From: Candidatus Omnitrophota bacterium
Lineage (GTDB): Bacteria; Omnitrophota; Gorgyraeia; Zapsychrales; Fredricksoniimonadaceae
Length of the DNA: 64,000 nucleotides
Direction: 5' to 3'
Assembly: GCA_028870995.1 (NCBI GenBank)
Contig: JAGWOI010000002.1
Coordinates: 110,463 to 174,462 of the forward strand
Shown here: in pieces, positions 43,233 through 52,647 of the stretch
How the letters are laid out: each line of letters starts with the position of its first letter
Numbering within the stretch: position 1 is the stretch's first letter
Position numbers and translations under genes: made by a program
The notes under the pieces: model-generated
Database searches by the model: none
Told to the model about the DNA's origin: nothing
What the model saw: the letters and a program-made list of their open reading frames with translations, nothing else

Positions 43233-43248
43233 AAAGGAAGGAGAGCGT

Positions 43249-43614
43249 ATGAACGAACGCAGGCAATTGCCGCGGTGGGAGATCAAAAAAAGCTCCCGGG
43301 TATGGATGCCGCAGGTGCAAAGCTTCAGTCAAGGGTTTATCGAGGATATGCATTTAAAAGGGATGTGCATATCTTTTGAAAAGCCGGTTTTCCAGCAGGA
43401 AACGGTTAATATTTATTTTACGATCGGTGAAGATAATTTGGATTTGATCAAGGTGGAAGCCCAGGTTCCCTGGACAAAGCAGGAAGCGGACAGGTGTGTT
43501 TACGGGCTGTTTTTTAGCCAGATCCGGGACGATTACAAGGACAGGATCTCCGAATACATTAATACCAATTGTTTTGACCAAATCAGGAATAATTGGTGGC
43601 AGCAGAGCGCCTAG
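43249..43614 (+). CDS. Small PilZ-domain-like protein (121 aa)
   Basis: RBS gaaaggaaggag, 6 nt before the ATG. N-terminal 'RRQLPR' (RxxxR) and 'EDMHLKGMCISF' (degenerate DxSxxG) resemble the two c-di-GMP-binding PilZ motifs. The match is partial. Confidence 0.4.
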   Translation: MNERRQLPRWEIKKSSRVWMPQVQSFSQGFIEDMHLKGMCISFEKPVFQQETVNIYFTIGEDNLDLIKVEAQVPWTKQEADRCVYGLFFSQIRDDYKDRISEYINTNCFDQIRNNWWQQSA

Positions 43615-45368
43615 GTACGTAGAAATTGGCGGTCCAGGAAATCCTGGGTGACTTCGATAAGTGTAGGCCGGCCATGAGGGCAGGTGAACGGGTCCCGGCA
43701 GTCGAGCAGCTGCCGGCGCTGATAATCGGCTTGAGAGGCATCCAGTTTGTCGCCTGCGACGATCGAGGCCTTGCAGGCGCGGCGGGCCAGGGTCTCCTTA
43801 TCCAGGCGGGGAACAGCATTACCGGCCAATAAGGAACGCACGACCGCCTCCATGTTTTTAAGCAATAAAGGCTGGGTCTGCACCGCAATGGTGTCTTCAT
43901 CGAATTGGGTGGTTTCGATTCCCAGCGCACTCATCTTCTCTTGAGCTTCTTCCCAAGCGATTTTTTCCTGCGGTGTTAATTTGACCAGCAGAGGCGTCAG
44001 CAAAGGCTGGGTTTCCACTGCGGCCTTTTCAATCTGGTTCTTGAATTTCTCGAACATAATGCGTTCCTGGGCGGCATGTTGATCGACGATCAGCAGGGAC
44101 TGGTCCGCCTCAAAGATCAGAAATTTCTGCAGGAAATGACCGATGAAGCGTGCCCTTTGGAACTTGGAGCGCAGGGTGTCTTCCTGGCCGAAGAGATGAA
44201 AATCCAAAGGTAGGGGATCGCCTTCGGTTGGGCACGTGTCCTGGGATGGCCTGAAATAGGAAGATGTCCCTATGTTAGGAAATGACAGGCTGGGCTGCAC
44301 CTGCCCCGGGGCGAAAACCACCTGGTCAGCCGACAGCCCGTTTTCCAGTACCGAAGAGGCTGGTTGCCTGGGGCGGCCTTTGTGCATCAACTGGTATTCC
44401 GTCATGCGGCGCAATAGGCTGATGATCCTGGCTTCGTCCTTGAGCCGCACCTCGCGCTTGGTGGGGTGGATATTTACGTCCACATTGGCTGGATCCAGCA
44501 TAATATTGATGATAAAGGCGCCGTACACTCCCGGCGGCAGGATCAGTTTGTAGACGTCATTAAGATTGAAGCTCAGGTTTTTGCTTTCGACGGGACGGTT
44601 GTTGATGAAAATAAATTGCAAATCCCGGCGCGGCCGCTGCACATTGATGTTGCCCAGGACCATTTTAATGCGGATCTTTTCCTGGGGATATTCCTGGTCA
44701 CACTCCAGCCAGTGTTCCATGTTGACGTTTAACGCCGCGGCGGCCCTGTCTACGGCAGACGGCGAGGGTTTCAAATCCAGGAGGGCACGGCCCGCATGGG
44801 TCAGCGCCAGGCGCAGCTGCGGATAAATCAGGGCATAGGGCATGACCACGTTAAGGATTTGATGCAACTCCGAGGCGTTATTTTTAAGGAATTTCCGACG
44901 GGCCGGGGTATTGAAAAAAAGTTCAGCCACCTTGATGTCGGTGCCGGCGCTGCTTAAGGCTGCGGGCTGCAGATCCTGCCTGGTACCGGCCCGCCAATGG
45001 ATTTGCCAGCCGTCTTGGGGCCCCGTGCGTGTCGTCAGGGTGACATCGCTGACCGCAGCGATGGAGTAGAGCGCTTCCCCGCGGAAACCCATGGAAGAAA
45101 GCCTCTCCAAATCTTCAATGGAGTTGATCTTGCTGGTGGCATGGCGCTGGAATATTCTTTCCAGATTGTCCCTGGAGATGCCGCTGCCGTTGTCCCGCAG
45201 GTGGATAAGTTCCTTGCCGGCATCTTTAAGATGAATGTCGATGGCGGTTGCACCGGCATCGAGGGCGTTTTCCAGCAGTTCTTTGACGACCGCCGCCGGG
45301 CGGTCCACGGCTTCTCCGGCGGCGATTTTGGCAATGACGTCTGCAGCTAAAACATGCACTTTATTCAT
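43611..45368 (-). CDS. mutL: DNA mismatch repair protein MutL
   Basis: N-terminus 'MNKVHVLAADVIAKIAAGEAVDRPAAVVKELLENALDAGATAIDIHL' is the canonical MutL GHKL ATPase start. The ORF track extends to a TTG at 45377; the ATG at 45368 is preferred. Its stop overlaps the PilZ-like stop (ctag). Confidence 0.93.
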   Translation of the reverse strand: MNKVHVLAADVIAKIAAGEAVDRPAAVVKELLENALDAGATAIDIHLKDAGKELIHLRDNGSGISRDNLERIFQRHATSKINSIEDLERLSSMGFRGEALYSIAAVSDVTLTTRTGPQDGWQIHWRAGTRQDLQPAALSSAGTDIKVAELFFNTPARRKFLKNNASELHQILNVVMPYALIYPQLRLALTHAGRALLDLKPSPSAVDRAAAALNVNMEHWLECDQEYPQEKIRIKMVLGNINVQRPRRDLQFIFINNRPVESKNLSFNLNDVYKLILPPGVYGAFIINIMLDPANVDVNIHPTKREVRLKDEARIISLLRRMTEYQLMHKGRPRQPASSVLENGLSADQVVFAPGQVQPSLSFPNIGTSSYFRPSQDTCPTEGDPLPLDFHLFGQEDTLRSKFQRARFIGHFLQKFLIFEADQSLLIVDQHAAQERIMFEKFKNQIEKAAVETQPLLTPLLVKLTPQEKIAWEEAQEKMSALGIETTQFDEDTIAVQTQPLLLKNMEAVVRSLLAGNAVPRLDKETLARRACKASIVAGDKLDASQADYQRRQLLDCRDPFTCPHGRPTLIEVTQDFLDRQFLRT

Positions 45369-45512
45369 AATCTCCAATCCTTGAGTCTTTGGAATTCTCG
45401 GACCGTTTCTAGCAAAGCCTTAGAGCCACAAAAGGTTACAATAGAACTGGTCCAAAACGTATTAATAATGAAAGGGACACTTCTGTCATAAGTCTTTATT
45501 TTTCTAGGGGCA

Positions 45513-48032
45513 TTATAGAAACGGTCCAAGCTTTATTTTTAATTCATCCAGCTTTTTTAAAGCTTCGATGGGGGTCAGGGAATTGATGTCGATTTCTTCT
45601 AGCGCGGCGCGCAGCTCGTCCGGTAGGGACGGGCTGTCGGCTGCACCGAAGAGGTTTAATTGCTTGTCCTGTTTTTTAAAGGGGTGGGGCGTCCCGATTT
45701 CAAGTTCGGAGAGGATTTCCTTGGAGCGCTTGATCACCGCCTCCGGAATGCCCGCCAACTTGGCGACATAGATGCCGTAAGAATCATCGGAGCCGCCGGG
45801 CACAATTTTGTGCATAAAGATGATCTTGTCCTTCCATTCGCGCACCGCGACGTTGTAGTTTTTGGTGCCCTTAAACCGGTCGGCCAGGGCGGTCAGTTCA
45901 TGGAAGTGCGTGGCAAAGAGGGTGCGTACTTTCTGGGCATGCATGTGCTCGGCCAGGGCCCAGGCCAGGCTTAAGCCGTCGGAGGTCGAGGTGCCGCGGC
46001 CTATCTCATCCAGGATGACCAGCGACCGGGGCGTCAGGTTGTTGAGAATGTCGGCGGCCTCCGTCATTTCCACCATGAAGGTGCTTTGGCCCTTGGCGAT
46101 ATCATCGTGAGCGCCGATACGGGTGAAAATTTTATCGACCACCCCGATGGTGGCGGCCGCGGCCGGAATGGGGGCGCCCATCTGGGCCATGATGACAAGG
46201 CAGGCGTTCTGACGGATATAGGTGGATTTGCCGGCCATATTCGGCCCGGTGAGAACGATCAATTGGTTTTCATCGGTATCCAGCAGCAGGTCGTTAGCGA
46301 TGAAATTATCCGTGACTGTCTTTTCAACCACCGGATGGCGGCCTTCCTTGATTTCCAAGACCGTAGAGGCATTGACCTGCGGGAAAATATAGCGGTCCCA
46401 GCCTGACAATCGTCCCAGGGCCTGCAGGCAGTCGATGTTCGCTATTTGGGCGCAGAGTTCATGCAGGCTGCCGGCCTGGGCCAGGAGGGCCTTTTCTATT
46501 TCCCCCAGGAGGCGTTTTTCGATGGCCAAAATTTTATCCTGGGCGGTGAGGAATTTTTCTTCATATTCCTTAAGTTCTTGGGTGATATAACGCTCGCCGT
46601 TGACCAGGGTTTGCTTGCGTACGTAGTGGCCGGGCACGCTGCTTTGGCGGGATTTGGAAACTTCAAGATAGAAACCGAAAACATTGGTGAAACCAACTTT
46701 CAAGGACGAGATGCCTGTTTTTTTGATCTCTTCAGCCTGGTATTGGGCCAGCCATTGCCTGCCGTTTTCCAGGATATTCTTAAGCTCATCTAATTCGGGG
46801 TCGATTCCCGGCAGGATCATTTTACCATCGGGTTTGGCCAGGGGCGCGTCGGGGTTGATGGTTTTCGTCAACAATTCCCGTAAAGCCGCCAGATCTTCGA
46901 TTTTTAAAAGCGGGTTGGAAGGGCCGGCCAGGCATTCGGCGATCAAGGGCACGCGCAGCAGGGCCTGGCGGATATTCAAAAGGTCCTTGATGGAGCCGCA
47001 GCCGCAGGAAAGCCTGGAGAGGGCTTTTTGCAGATCAGGCATATTTTTGAGGCATTCTTCCAGACGGTCGTTGCCGGCCAGGGACCTGGCCGCCTCCTGC
47101 CGGGATTGAATGCCCGGAATATCCTTGAGCGGATGGTACAGCCAAAAGCGGAAAGCACGTTTGCCCATCGGGGTGGCGGTCAAATCAATGGCAGACAGCA
47201 GTACTTCCAACTCCAGGCCATAATGGGCGGCCGGCGAAATGAAGGCATGATCATCCTGGGCATAAAGGCGCATGCGGTCGATGTGTTTAAGGCCGGTCTT
47301 GTTCATGGTCTTTAAATATTCCAGCAGCGCACCGGCCGCGCCCTGTGCCAGGGGCAGTTCATCGACGCCGAACCCCCGCAGCGTCTGCGTGCCGAAATGA
47401 GCGCAGAGGCTTTGGCGGGACATCTCCTGGTTAAAGGCCCAGTCACCCAGGGGGCTTAAGGTGATGGCGCGCATTTTGACTAAGGGGTGGGAAAAAAGCT
47501 CCTTGATCTTTTCTTCCTGGGCCTCGGGATAAAGGCACTCGGAAACCGGCAGTTTAGCCAGAAGCTCAACAGCCTGGTGCAAAGAAAATTCATTGGCAAA
47601 AATGGTGCCGCCGGCATTGTCGATGAAGGCCGCCCCGAAAGTTTTTCCGGAACAAATACTCAACAAGTAACGGGAGTCGACGGACTCATCCAGGTAGGTT
47701 CCGGCGCTGATGATGCGGATGACATCGCGTTTGACCAGTCCTGCGGCGGCGGCCGGGTCTTCGACCTGTTCGCAGATGGCCACTTTTTGACCGGCCTTGA
47801 TGAGCTTGGCGATATAATTATCGCTGGAGTGATAGGGAACCCCGCACATGGGGATCTTGCCTGAGGCATCCTGGCCGCGGGAGGTCAGGACAAGGTCCAG
47901 GAGGGACGAGGCAAGGGTCGCGTCTTCAAAGAACATTTCGTAAAAATCGCCCAGACGGAAAAAGAGGATGGCATCCTTATGTCTGGCCTTGATGTCCCGG
48001 TATTGTTTGAGCATGGGGGTTGGAGCGTGCAT
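45513..48032 (-). CDS. mutS: DNA mismatch repair protein MutS
   Basis: 'MHAPTPMLKQYRDIKARHKDAILFFRLGDFYEMFFEDA' (mismatch-binding domain). Walker A 'GPNMAGKSTYIRQ'. 'ILDEIGRGTSTSDGLSLAWA'. The ATG at 48032 is preferred over the TTG at 48035. Confidence 0.95.
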   Translation of the reverse strand: MHAPTPMLKQYRDIKARHKDAILFFRLGDFYEMFFEDATLASSLLDLVLTSRGQDASGKIPMCGVPYHSSDNYIAKLIKAGQKVAICEQVEDPAAAAGLVKRDVIRIISAGTYLDESVDSRYLLSICSGKTFGAAFIDNAGGTIFANEFSLHQAVELLAKLPVSECLYPEAQEEKIKELFSHPLVKMRAITLSPLGDWAFNQEMSRQSLCAHFGTQTLRGFGVDELPLAQGAAGALLEYLKTMNKTGLKHIDRMRLYAQDDHAFISPAAHYGLELEVLLSAIDLTATPMGKRAFRFWLYHPLKDIPGIQSRQEAARSLAGNDRLEECLKNMPDLQKALSRLSCGCGSIKDLLNIRQALLRVPLIAECLAGPSNPLLKIEDLAALRELLTKTINPDAPLAKPDGKMILPGIDPELDELKNILENGRQWLAQYQAEEIKKTGISSLKVGFTNVFGFYLEVSKSRQSSVPGHYVRKQTLVNGERYITQELKEYEEKFLTAQDKILAIEKRLLGEIEKALLAQAGSLHELCAQIANIDCLQALGRLSGWDRYIFPQVNASTVLEIKEGRHPVVEKTVTDNFIANDLLLDTDENQLIVLTGPNMAGKSTYIRQNACLVIMAQMGAPIPAAAATIGVVDKIFTRIGAHDDIAKGQSTFMVEMTEAADILNNLTPRSLVILDEIGRGTSTSDGLSLAWALAEHMHAQKVRTLFATHFHELTALADRFKGTKNYNVAVREWKDKIIFMHKIVPGGSDDSYGIYVAKLAGIPEAVIKRSKEILSELEIGTPHPFKKQDKQLNLFGAADSPSLPDELRAALEEIDINSLTPIEALKKLDELKIKLGPFL

Positions 48033-48059
48033 CAAGGGAGATTTATAGCATAAAAAGAG

Positions 48060-48914
48060 GTGACAGGCACGATTTTTTATTTTACCATGCAGGATATCAT
48101 GAGAAATCTATGCTTGTCGCTGCTGTTACTTCTCACCGGGACTTGCCTGTCGTGGGGCGATCCGGCCCCGTCCCTGCCTTATTATAAGACCATCATGGAG
48201 ATCATGGCTCCTTTGAGGTATTCGGGAGTTCCGGTGATGGTCAAGCCGCAGGTTTATTTGAGCCTCGATTTTGCCAAGAGGACCTGGACCATCCACAACA
48301 TCCATGAATATGACCAGAAGGGCAACATTATCCTGGCCCAGGGACGTTACGGGCTTTGCGCGGAATTGGCCACCTACTTGTTCGAGAAGATAAAGCCCTT
48401 TATTGACAACAAGCGTTATGATCTTAAATTTGCCATGGTGACGGAATCAGACTTTTTTTCATCACGCCAGTCCAACCATATCGTTTTGCTGCTGGCGGAC
48501 AAATCCAACGGTGAGGTTTATTTAATCGACCCCAGTTTTCACAGATACGGCCGGCTTAAGGACCTCCCTGAATATAAAGTCCTCAATGTTCAAGACACCC
48601 TTTCCTTTGTCCAGGACAAGTCCCACGACGTTTTTTTCAGCGTCAACCAGGCCATGCCGCTGTACATCAAAAAGGATTATTTGCTGTCTTTCGCGGTGAC
48701 CTCGGTGGACGGCAAGTTCGACAAGGACAATTTCATTTTTGTGATTTCGGCCAACCGCCGGTACAAATTCAGCGGGCATGATATTGTGCTCATCGGACGG
48801 CGGCATAAGGAGTTTGTGGATCTGGAAGACAAGACCTTGCTTAACAAGATACTGACTCAGGATGAGATCAGCACCCTTTTCGATAGGTTAAAGATATGGC
48901 TTCAACCCGCCTGA
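48060..48914 (+). CDS. Secreted hypothetical protein, possibly transglutaminase-like (Cys-His-Asp) fold
   Basis: Signal peptide 'MRNLCLSLLLLLTGTCLSWG'. The true start is probably the ATG at 48087 or 48099. 'GRYGLCAELATYLFE' (GxC..A core), then 'SNHIVLLLADKSNGEVYLIDPS' (His ... Asp-Pro spacing) resemble transglutaminase-like cysteine peptidase cores. Confidence 0.4.
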   Translation: MTGTIFYFTMQDIMRNLCLSLLLLLTGTCLSWGDPAPSLPYYKTIMEIMAPLRYSGVPVMVKPQVYLSLDFAKRTWTIHNIHEYDQKGNIILAQGRYGLCAELATYLFEKIKPFIDNKRYDLKFAMVTESDFFSSRQSNHIVLLLADKSNGEVYLIDPSFHRYGRLKDLPEYKVLNVQDTLSFVQDKSHDVFFSVNQAMPLYIKKDYLLSFAVTSVDGKFDKDNFIFVISANRRYKFSGHDIVLIGRRHKEFVDLEDKTLLNKILTQDEISTLFDRLKIWLQPA

Positions 48915-49417
48915 CCCATGCAGGTCAATTGTGACGGCGTCAACAGCCAGTTGAGGACGGCATCGGGATCGTCCCAAGGCTCATGCAGGCTCAAGGAGCA
49001 AAGACCGCCTTTTTTTAAATCGATCATCAGCTCCTTACCGCTTTCTAAAAAGCTGGAGATCAGCTCCGTCAGGTGCGGTTCGTGCCCGACCAGCAAAAAA
49101 TGTTCTTTTTTGGGGAAGCGGCGGCGGATCTCGGCCAGCAGCTCCTTGGCGCAGGCGGGTTCAAGCAGGTTTTCGGTCAGGTGGATATCTTCCTTTTTTA
49201 TGTTGTAGATTTTGGCAACGGTCTCGGCGGTCTGCCTGGCCCGCAGGTAGGGGCTGCTGAGGATGCAGTCAAATTTTAAATCCAAGGCCTTCATCCCCAG
49301 GCTTTCCCGGTGCATTTTTTCTACACCTTCGGCCGTGAGGGGGCGGAGGCTGTCGTCTTTATACTTGGGATCACCGTGTTGGCCGGCAAGGCCGTGCCGC
49401 AAAAAATAAAGTTCCAT
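48902..49417 (-). CDS. Histidine phosphatase superfamily protein (SixA-like phosphohistidine phosphatase)
   Basis: N-terminal 'MELYFLRHGLA' (RHG catalytic motif), '...LSSPYLRARQTAE', and a downstream His in 'LVGHEPHL'. Confidence 0.7.
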   Translation of the reverse strand: MELYFLRHGLAGQHGDPKYKDDSLRPLTAEGVEKMHRESLGMKALDLKFDCILSSPYLRARQTAETVAKIYNIKKEDIHLTENLLEPACAKELLAEIRRRFPKKEHFLLVGHEPHLTELISSFLESGKELMIDLKKGGLCSLSLHEPWDDPDAVLNWLLTPSQLTCMGQAG

Positions 49418-49540
49418 AGGAAACCCTCCTTCCTCAAGGTGCCGATTTCCTTTAATTTATTAGTGGAAAAAATCGGCCCAAAGCTATTATAATGAAAAAC
49501 CTTTGATTAAGGAAGACCGCTAAGGAAGGAGCCTTGGGTT

Positions 49541-49945
49541 ATGCGTTTTGTCTTGATGACGTTGTTGAGCTTAGGCCTGGCAGGCTGCGCCTCGGCACCG
49601 GTGTACAATCCCATGCAGGTGGCTGTCCAGCAGGAGCTGTTGCTGAATGAGAACGGCCTGAAGGCATTACAGAACGGGATGACCGTCGACCAGGTGCATC
49701 AAATCATGGGGCAACAATTGGTGATCGGCTATAAATACCAGGCCCCTGATTACAAGCCGTTGACCATCCCCAATCCGTATAAAAGCGAGACGGTCAAAGG
49801 GTCCGGTTATTTGATAGAGTATTATGTCCAGGCCGTCATACAGCCGGATGGCGCCGTCCATGACAACGAACTGATGCCCCTGGTTTTTAAGGACGGCAAA
49901 CTTGTCGGGCGCGGCTGGCCTCTGGCGCATTCTTTGGAAAAATGA
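49541..49945 (+). CDS. Lipoprotein, BamE/SmpA-OmlA-like
   Basis: Lipobox 'LAGC' in 'MRFVLMTLLSLGLAGCAS'. 'LQNGMTVDQVHQIMGQ' resembles the BamE 'GMTxxQVxxxLGxP' motif. RBS aaggaaggag upstream. Confidence 0.5.
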   Translation: MRFVLMTLLSLGLAGCASAPVYNPMQVAVQQELLLNENGLKALQNGMTVDQVHQIMGQQLVIGYKYQAPDYKPLTIPNPYKSETVKGSGYLIEYYVQAVIQPDGAVHDNELMPLVFKDGKLVGRGWPLAHSLEK

Positions 49946-50871
49946 AGGCCTTTTACGTTTCGTTAAAGCCATTCTTGAATCACGGCCGCCTCTCCCGGCC
50001 GGCGGATTGGAACAAAATCTTCGGCAATGATTTTCCGCTGATCGTCGAGATAGGTTTTGGCAACGGGGAGTACCTGGCCCGGCTGAGCGCGCAGCATCCC
50101 GGGACGAATTTTATCGGATTTGAACAATATTGCGACCGCATCAACCGCACGCTGCGCAAGTTAAGCCGTACGGCCTTGGACAATGTGAGGGTCTTAAGGC
50201 TGGATGCCAGGGCAGGCTTTGAACGCTACCTGAAACCCAAAACAGTCGCCGAAGTCCATTGCCTTTATCCGCCGCCCTGGCCCAAGAAATCGGATGCCAA
50301 ACACCGGCTTTTTACGGCGGGTTTCTTAAAGCTTGTCAACAGCCGGCTCGTGGACGGCGGCATTTTGAAAATAGTCACCGATCATTGCCCTTATATCGGC
50401 TGGGTCCAAGACAATATCCCGTCAACGGGATTCGGCGTCGAATTCAAAAAGATCCGGGCGGATTACGGCACTAAGTTTGAGAAAAAATGGGTCGACGGCG
50501 GCCAGAGCGAATTCTACCAGCTGCTGCTTAAAAAAGAGCAGCACCAGCCCGTGGGGCTTGTGGAGGATAGGTTCATGCAAAGTTATTGCACCGAGCGGTT
50601 TGATCCCGACAAATTTAGGTTTAAAGACTATTCCCAGGACGGTATTGCGGTGTCCTTCAAGGACATGTTGTACGATGCCAAAAAGAAAGTCGCCCTGGTG
50701 CATGTGATGGCCTGCGACGGACCCATGGCCCAAAACATCCGTATTGTCATAAGCCTCACGGAGAAGGGCTGGCGCATCAATCTGGCGGAAGGGACCATGC
50801 TGATGCCAACCCAGGCCGTGGCCCAGGCCCTTGATTGCGTGTATCAGGCGGCCCTGGCCAGCAGCCCTTGA
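49942..50871 (+). CDS. trmB: tRNA (guanine46-N7)-methyltransferase TrmB (with a C-terminal extension)
   Basis: 'FPLIVEIGFGNGEYLARLSAQHPGTNFIGFE' (SAM-binding EIGFGxG motif) and 'LKIVTDHCPYIGW'. Overlaps the upstream stop by 4 nt. Confidence 0.8.
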   Translation: MKAFYVSLKPFLNHGRLSRPADWNKIFGNDFPLIVEIGFGNGEYLARLSAQHPGTNFIGFEQYCDRINRTLRKLSRTALDNVRVLRLDARAGFERYLKPKTVAEVHCLYPPPWPKKSDAKHRLFTAGFLKLVNSRLVDGGILKIVTDHCPYIGWVQDNIPSTGFGVEFKKIRADYGTKFEKKWVDGGQSEFYQLLLKKEQHQPVGLVEDRFMQSYCTERFDPDKFRFKDYSQDGIAVSFKDMLYDAKKKVALVHVMACDGPMAQNIRIVISLTEKGWRINLAEGTMLMPTQAVAQALDCVYQAALASSP

Positions 50872-50900
50872 GTTCGCTGCAAAAATTTGCCAATTAAGTA

Positions 50901-51779
50901 TTGTGTCCTTCGTCTTCCTCGAGTATATTGCCATTTATGCTTAAAATCTTTCGCAGCATTTTGATCGGCCTCCTGGTCGTCGCCTGGGTGGCCCCCGGGG
51001 AAGGTTTGGCTTATCACCGCCTGGCGTTCCGCCGCCACGGCCCGTACCATCTGACCGCCAATACGGCGCTTTTGTGGGACCCCGCCCGCAATCAAAATTA
51101 CTTCGCGCAAGGCGCGGATCGGGAGGTTTATCCCGCCTCCACGACCAAGGTGTTGACCGCGATCCTTGTTTTAGAGAATCTTCCTTTGGACAAGCAAGTG
51201 ACGGTGCCGGCGCAGGCGGCTTTGATGCCGCAGACAAAGCTTGGTTTGAGGCCCGGCGAAGTCTGGCGGGTCAGGGATTTGCTTTACGGCATGCTGCTTC
51301 ATTCGGCCAACGACGCCGCCGTGACCCTGGCCGTGGCCGTGGCCGGGTCCCAGGAAAAATTCGTCGATATGATGAATGCCCGCGCCAGGCAGCTGGGGGC
51401 CCTGCACAGCCATTTCGCCAATCCTGACGGCTTGCCGTCCACCGGCCCGCAATTCACCACAGCGGCCGACATGAGCCGGATATTCCTCCAGGCCCTCAAG
51501 AATGATTTTTTCCGGCAAGCCCTCACCTATAAGTACATGACCATCTCTTCCGTTGCAGGCCGGCGTCTTTTTCTGAAATCGTTCAACAAGACCTTGTTTT
51601 TTAGCTGGAGACGGCAGGTGTTCGGTAAAACCGGGTATACTAGAGAGGCCCGGTATTGTTTTGTCGGCTATATCCCAAGGGGGAAGGAAGACATGCTGGT
51701 TATAGCGGTTTATGGATGCCGCCGCCGCTGGACGGACATGAAGTATATCATTGAACATTACGGCCATATTATGTTATGA
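50901..51779 (+). CDS. D-alanyl-D-alanine carboxypeptidase (peptidase S11, DacA-like)
   Basis: SxxK 'ASTTKVLTA', SxN 'HSANDAA', and a signal/TM 'ILIGLLVVAWVAPG'. Likely start is the ATG at 50938 (MLKIFRS...). Confidence 0.8.
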   Translation: MCPSSSSSILPFMLKIFRSILIGLLVVAWVAPGEGLAYHRLAFRRHGPYHLTANTALLWDPARNQNYFAQGADREVYPASTTKVLTAILVLENLPLDKQVTVPAQAALMPQTKLGLRPGEVWRVRDLLYGMLLHSANDAAVTLAVAVAGSQEKFVDMMNARARQLGALHSHFANPDGLPSTGPQFTTAADMSRIFLQALKNDFFRQALTYKYMTISSVAGRRLFLKSFNKTLFFSWRRQVFGKTGYTREARYCFVGYIPRGKEDMLVIAVYGCRRRWTDMKYIIEHYGHIML

Positions 51780-51807
51780 TTTGAATATTCACTCACGGAG
51801 GGTTCTT

Positions 51808-52620
51808 ATGGAAAATAAAAATGACGTTATTGCCATTCTCTTGGTTGTTCTGATCGCCGTTATCGCCATGGTCGGTATCCAAGTCAGCGTTAAAAACGGC
51901 GTCCAGGTCGCCCTTTCTCCCGTAAAACAGCAGCTTGACGGTATCGGGAAACAGGAAAGGAATATCTTAAACCAATTGAACGGCATTCATAGGGAACTGA
52001 ATCAGATGAGAAACAAGGTCAATTCCATGGGCAACGGCGTCCCTCGATTCCAGCCGCAGCCTCAACTGCCGCCCCCGGAAGACATGAATAAGGTTTATAA
52101 CATCCCGGTTGGCGACTCCGCCGTGCTGGGCAACAAGAATGCGCCCGTAACCATCACGGAGTTTTCGGATTTTCAATGCCCGTTCTGCGCCCGTTTCTAT
52201 CCGGTCATCAAGCAGGTATTAGCGGCTTATCCGGATAAAGTCAGGGTTGTTATCAAGAATTTTCCGCTGGCGTTTCATCCTAATGCCCTTCCGGCTGCTA
52301 AGCTGGCCATGGCAGCCAATGAGCAGGGCAAGTTCCAGGGGATGATGGAGTCTCTGCTCGCCAATGGCGGGGACGTATCCGACGCCAAGATCAAGGAATA
52401 CGCCCAGAATTTGGGGCTGAATTACAACAAGCTGATGGCGGATTATAAAAATCAGGACGCGCGCTGGACAAAACAGATCGACGATGACCTGAAGCTTGGC
52501 GCTGATGTGGATGTGCGCGGTACCCCGACATTTTATCTTGACGGCCGCAAGACCAATGCCAGGGACTTGGAAAGTTTTAAAGCCCAGATAGATCCCATCC
52601 TGGCAAACAAAAATAAATAG
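51808..52620 (+). CDS. DsbA-family thiol:disulfide oxidoreductase (membrane-anchored, thioredoxin fold)
   Basis: RBS cacggaggg. N-terminal TM 'VIAILLVVLIAVIAMVG'. Coiled segment. Thioredoxin active site 'FSDFQCPFCARF'. The track ORF starts at 51751, but the ATG at 51808 with its RBS is preferred. Confidence 0.8.
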   Translation: MENKNDVIAILLVVLIAVIAMVGIQVSVKNGVQVALSPVKQQLDGIGKQERNILNQLNGIHRELNQMRNKVNSMGNGVPRFQPQPQLPPPEDMNKVYNIPVGDSAVLGNKNAPVTITEFSDFQCPFCARFYPVIKQVLAAYPDKVRVVIKNFPLAFHPNALPAAKLAMAANEQGKFQGMMESLLANGGDVSDAKIKEYAQNLGLNYNKLMADYKNQDARWTKQIDDDLKLGADVDVRGTPTFYLDGRKTNARDLESFKAQIDPILANKNK

Positions 52621-52647
52621 CGTGTACACCGCCCAAAGAGACACAAA

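Noticed and set aside
43626-48035. Plus-strand ORFs inside mutL/mutS (e.g. 44997..45350, 46684..47109, 47487..47864)
   Set aside because: They are antisense to unambiguous MutL and MutS coding sequence, and have no motifs.
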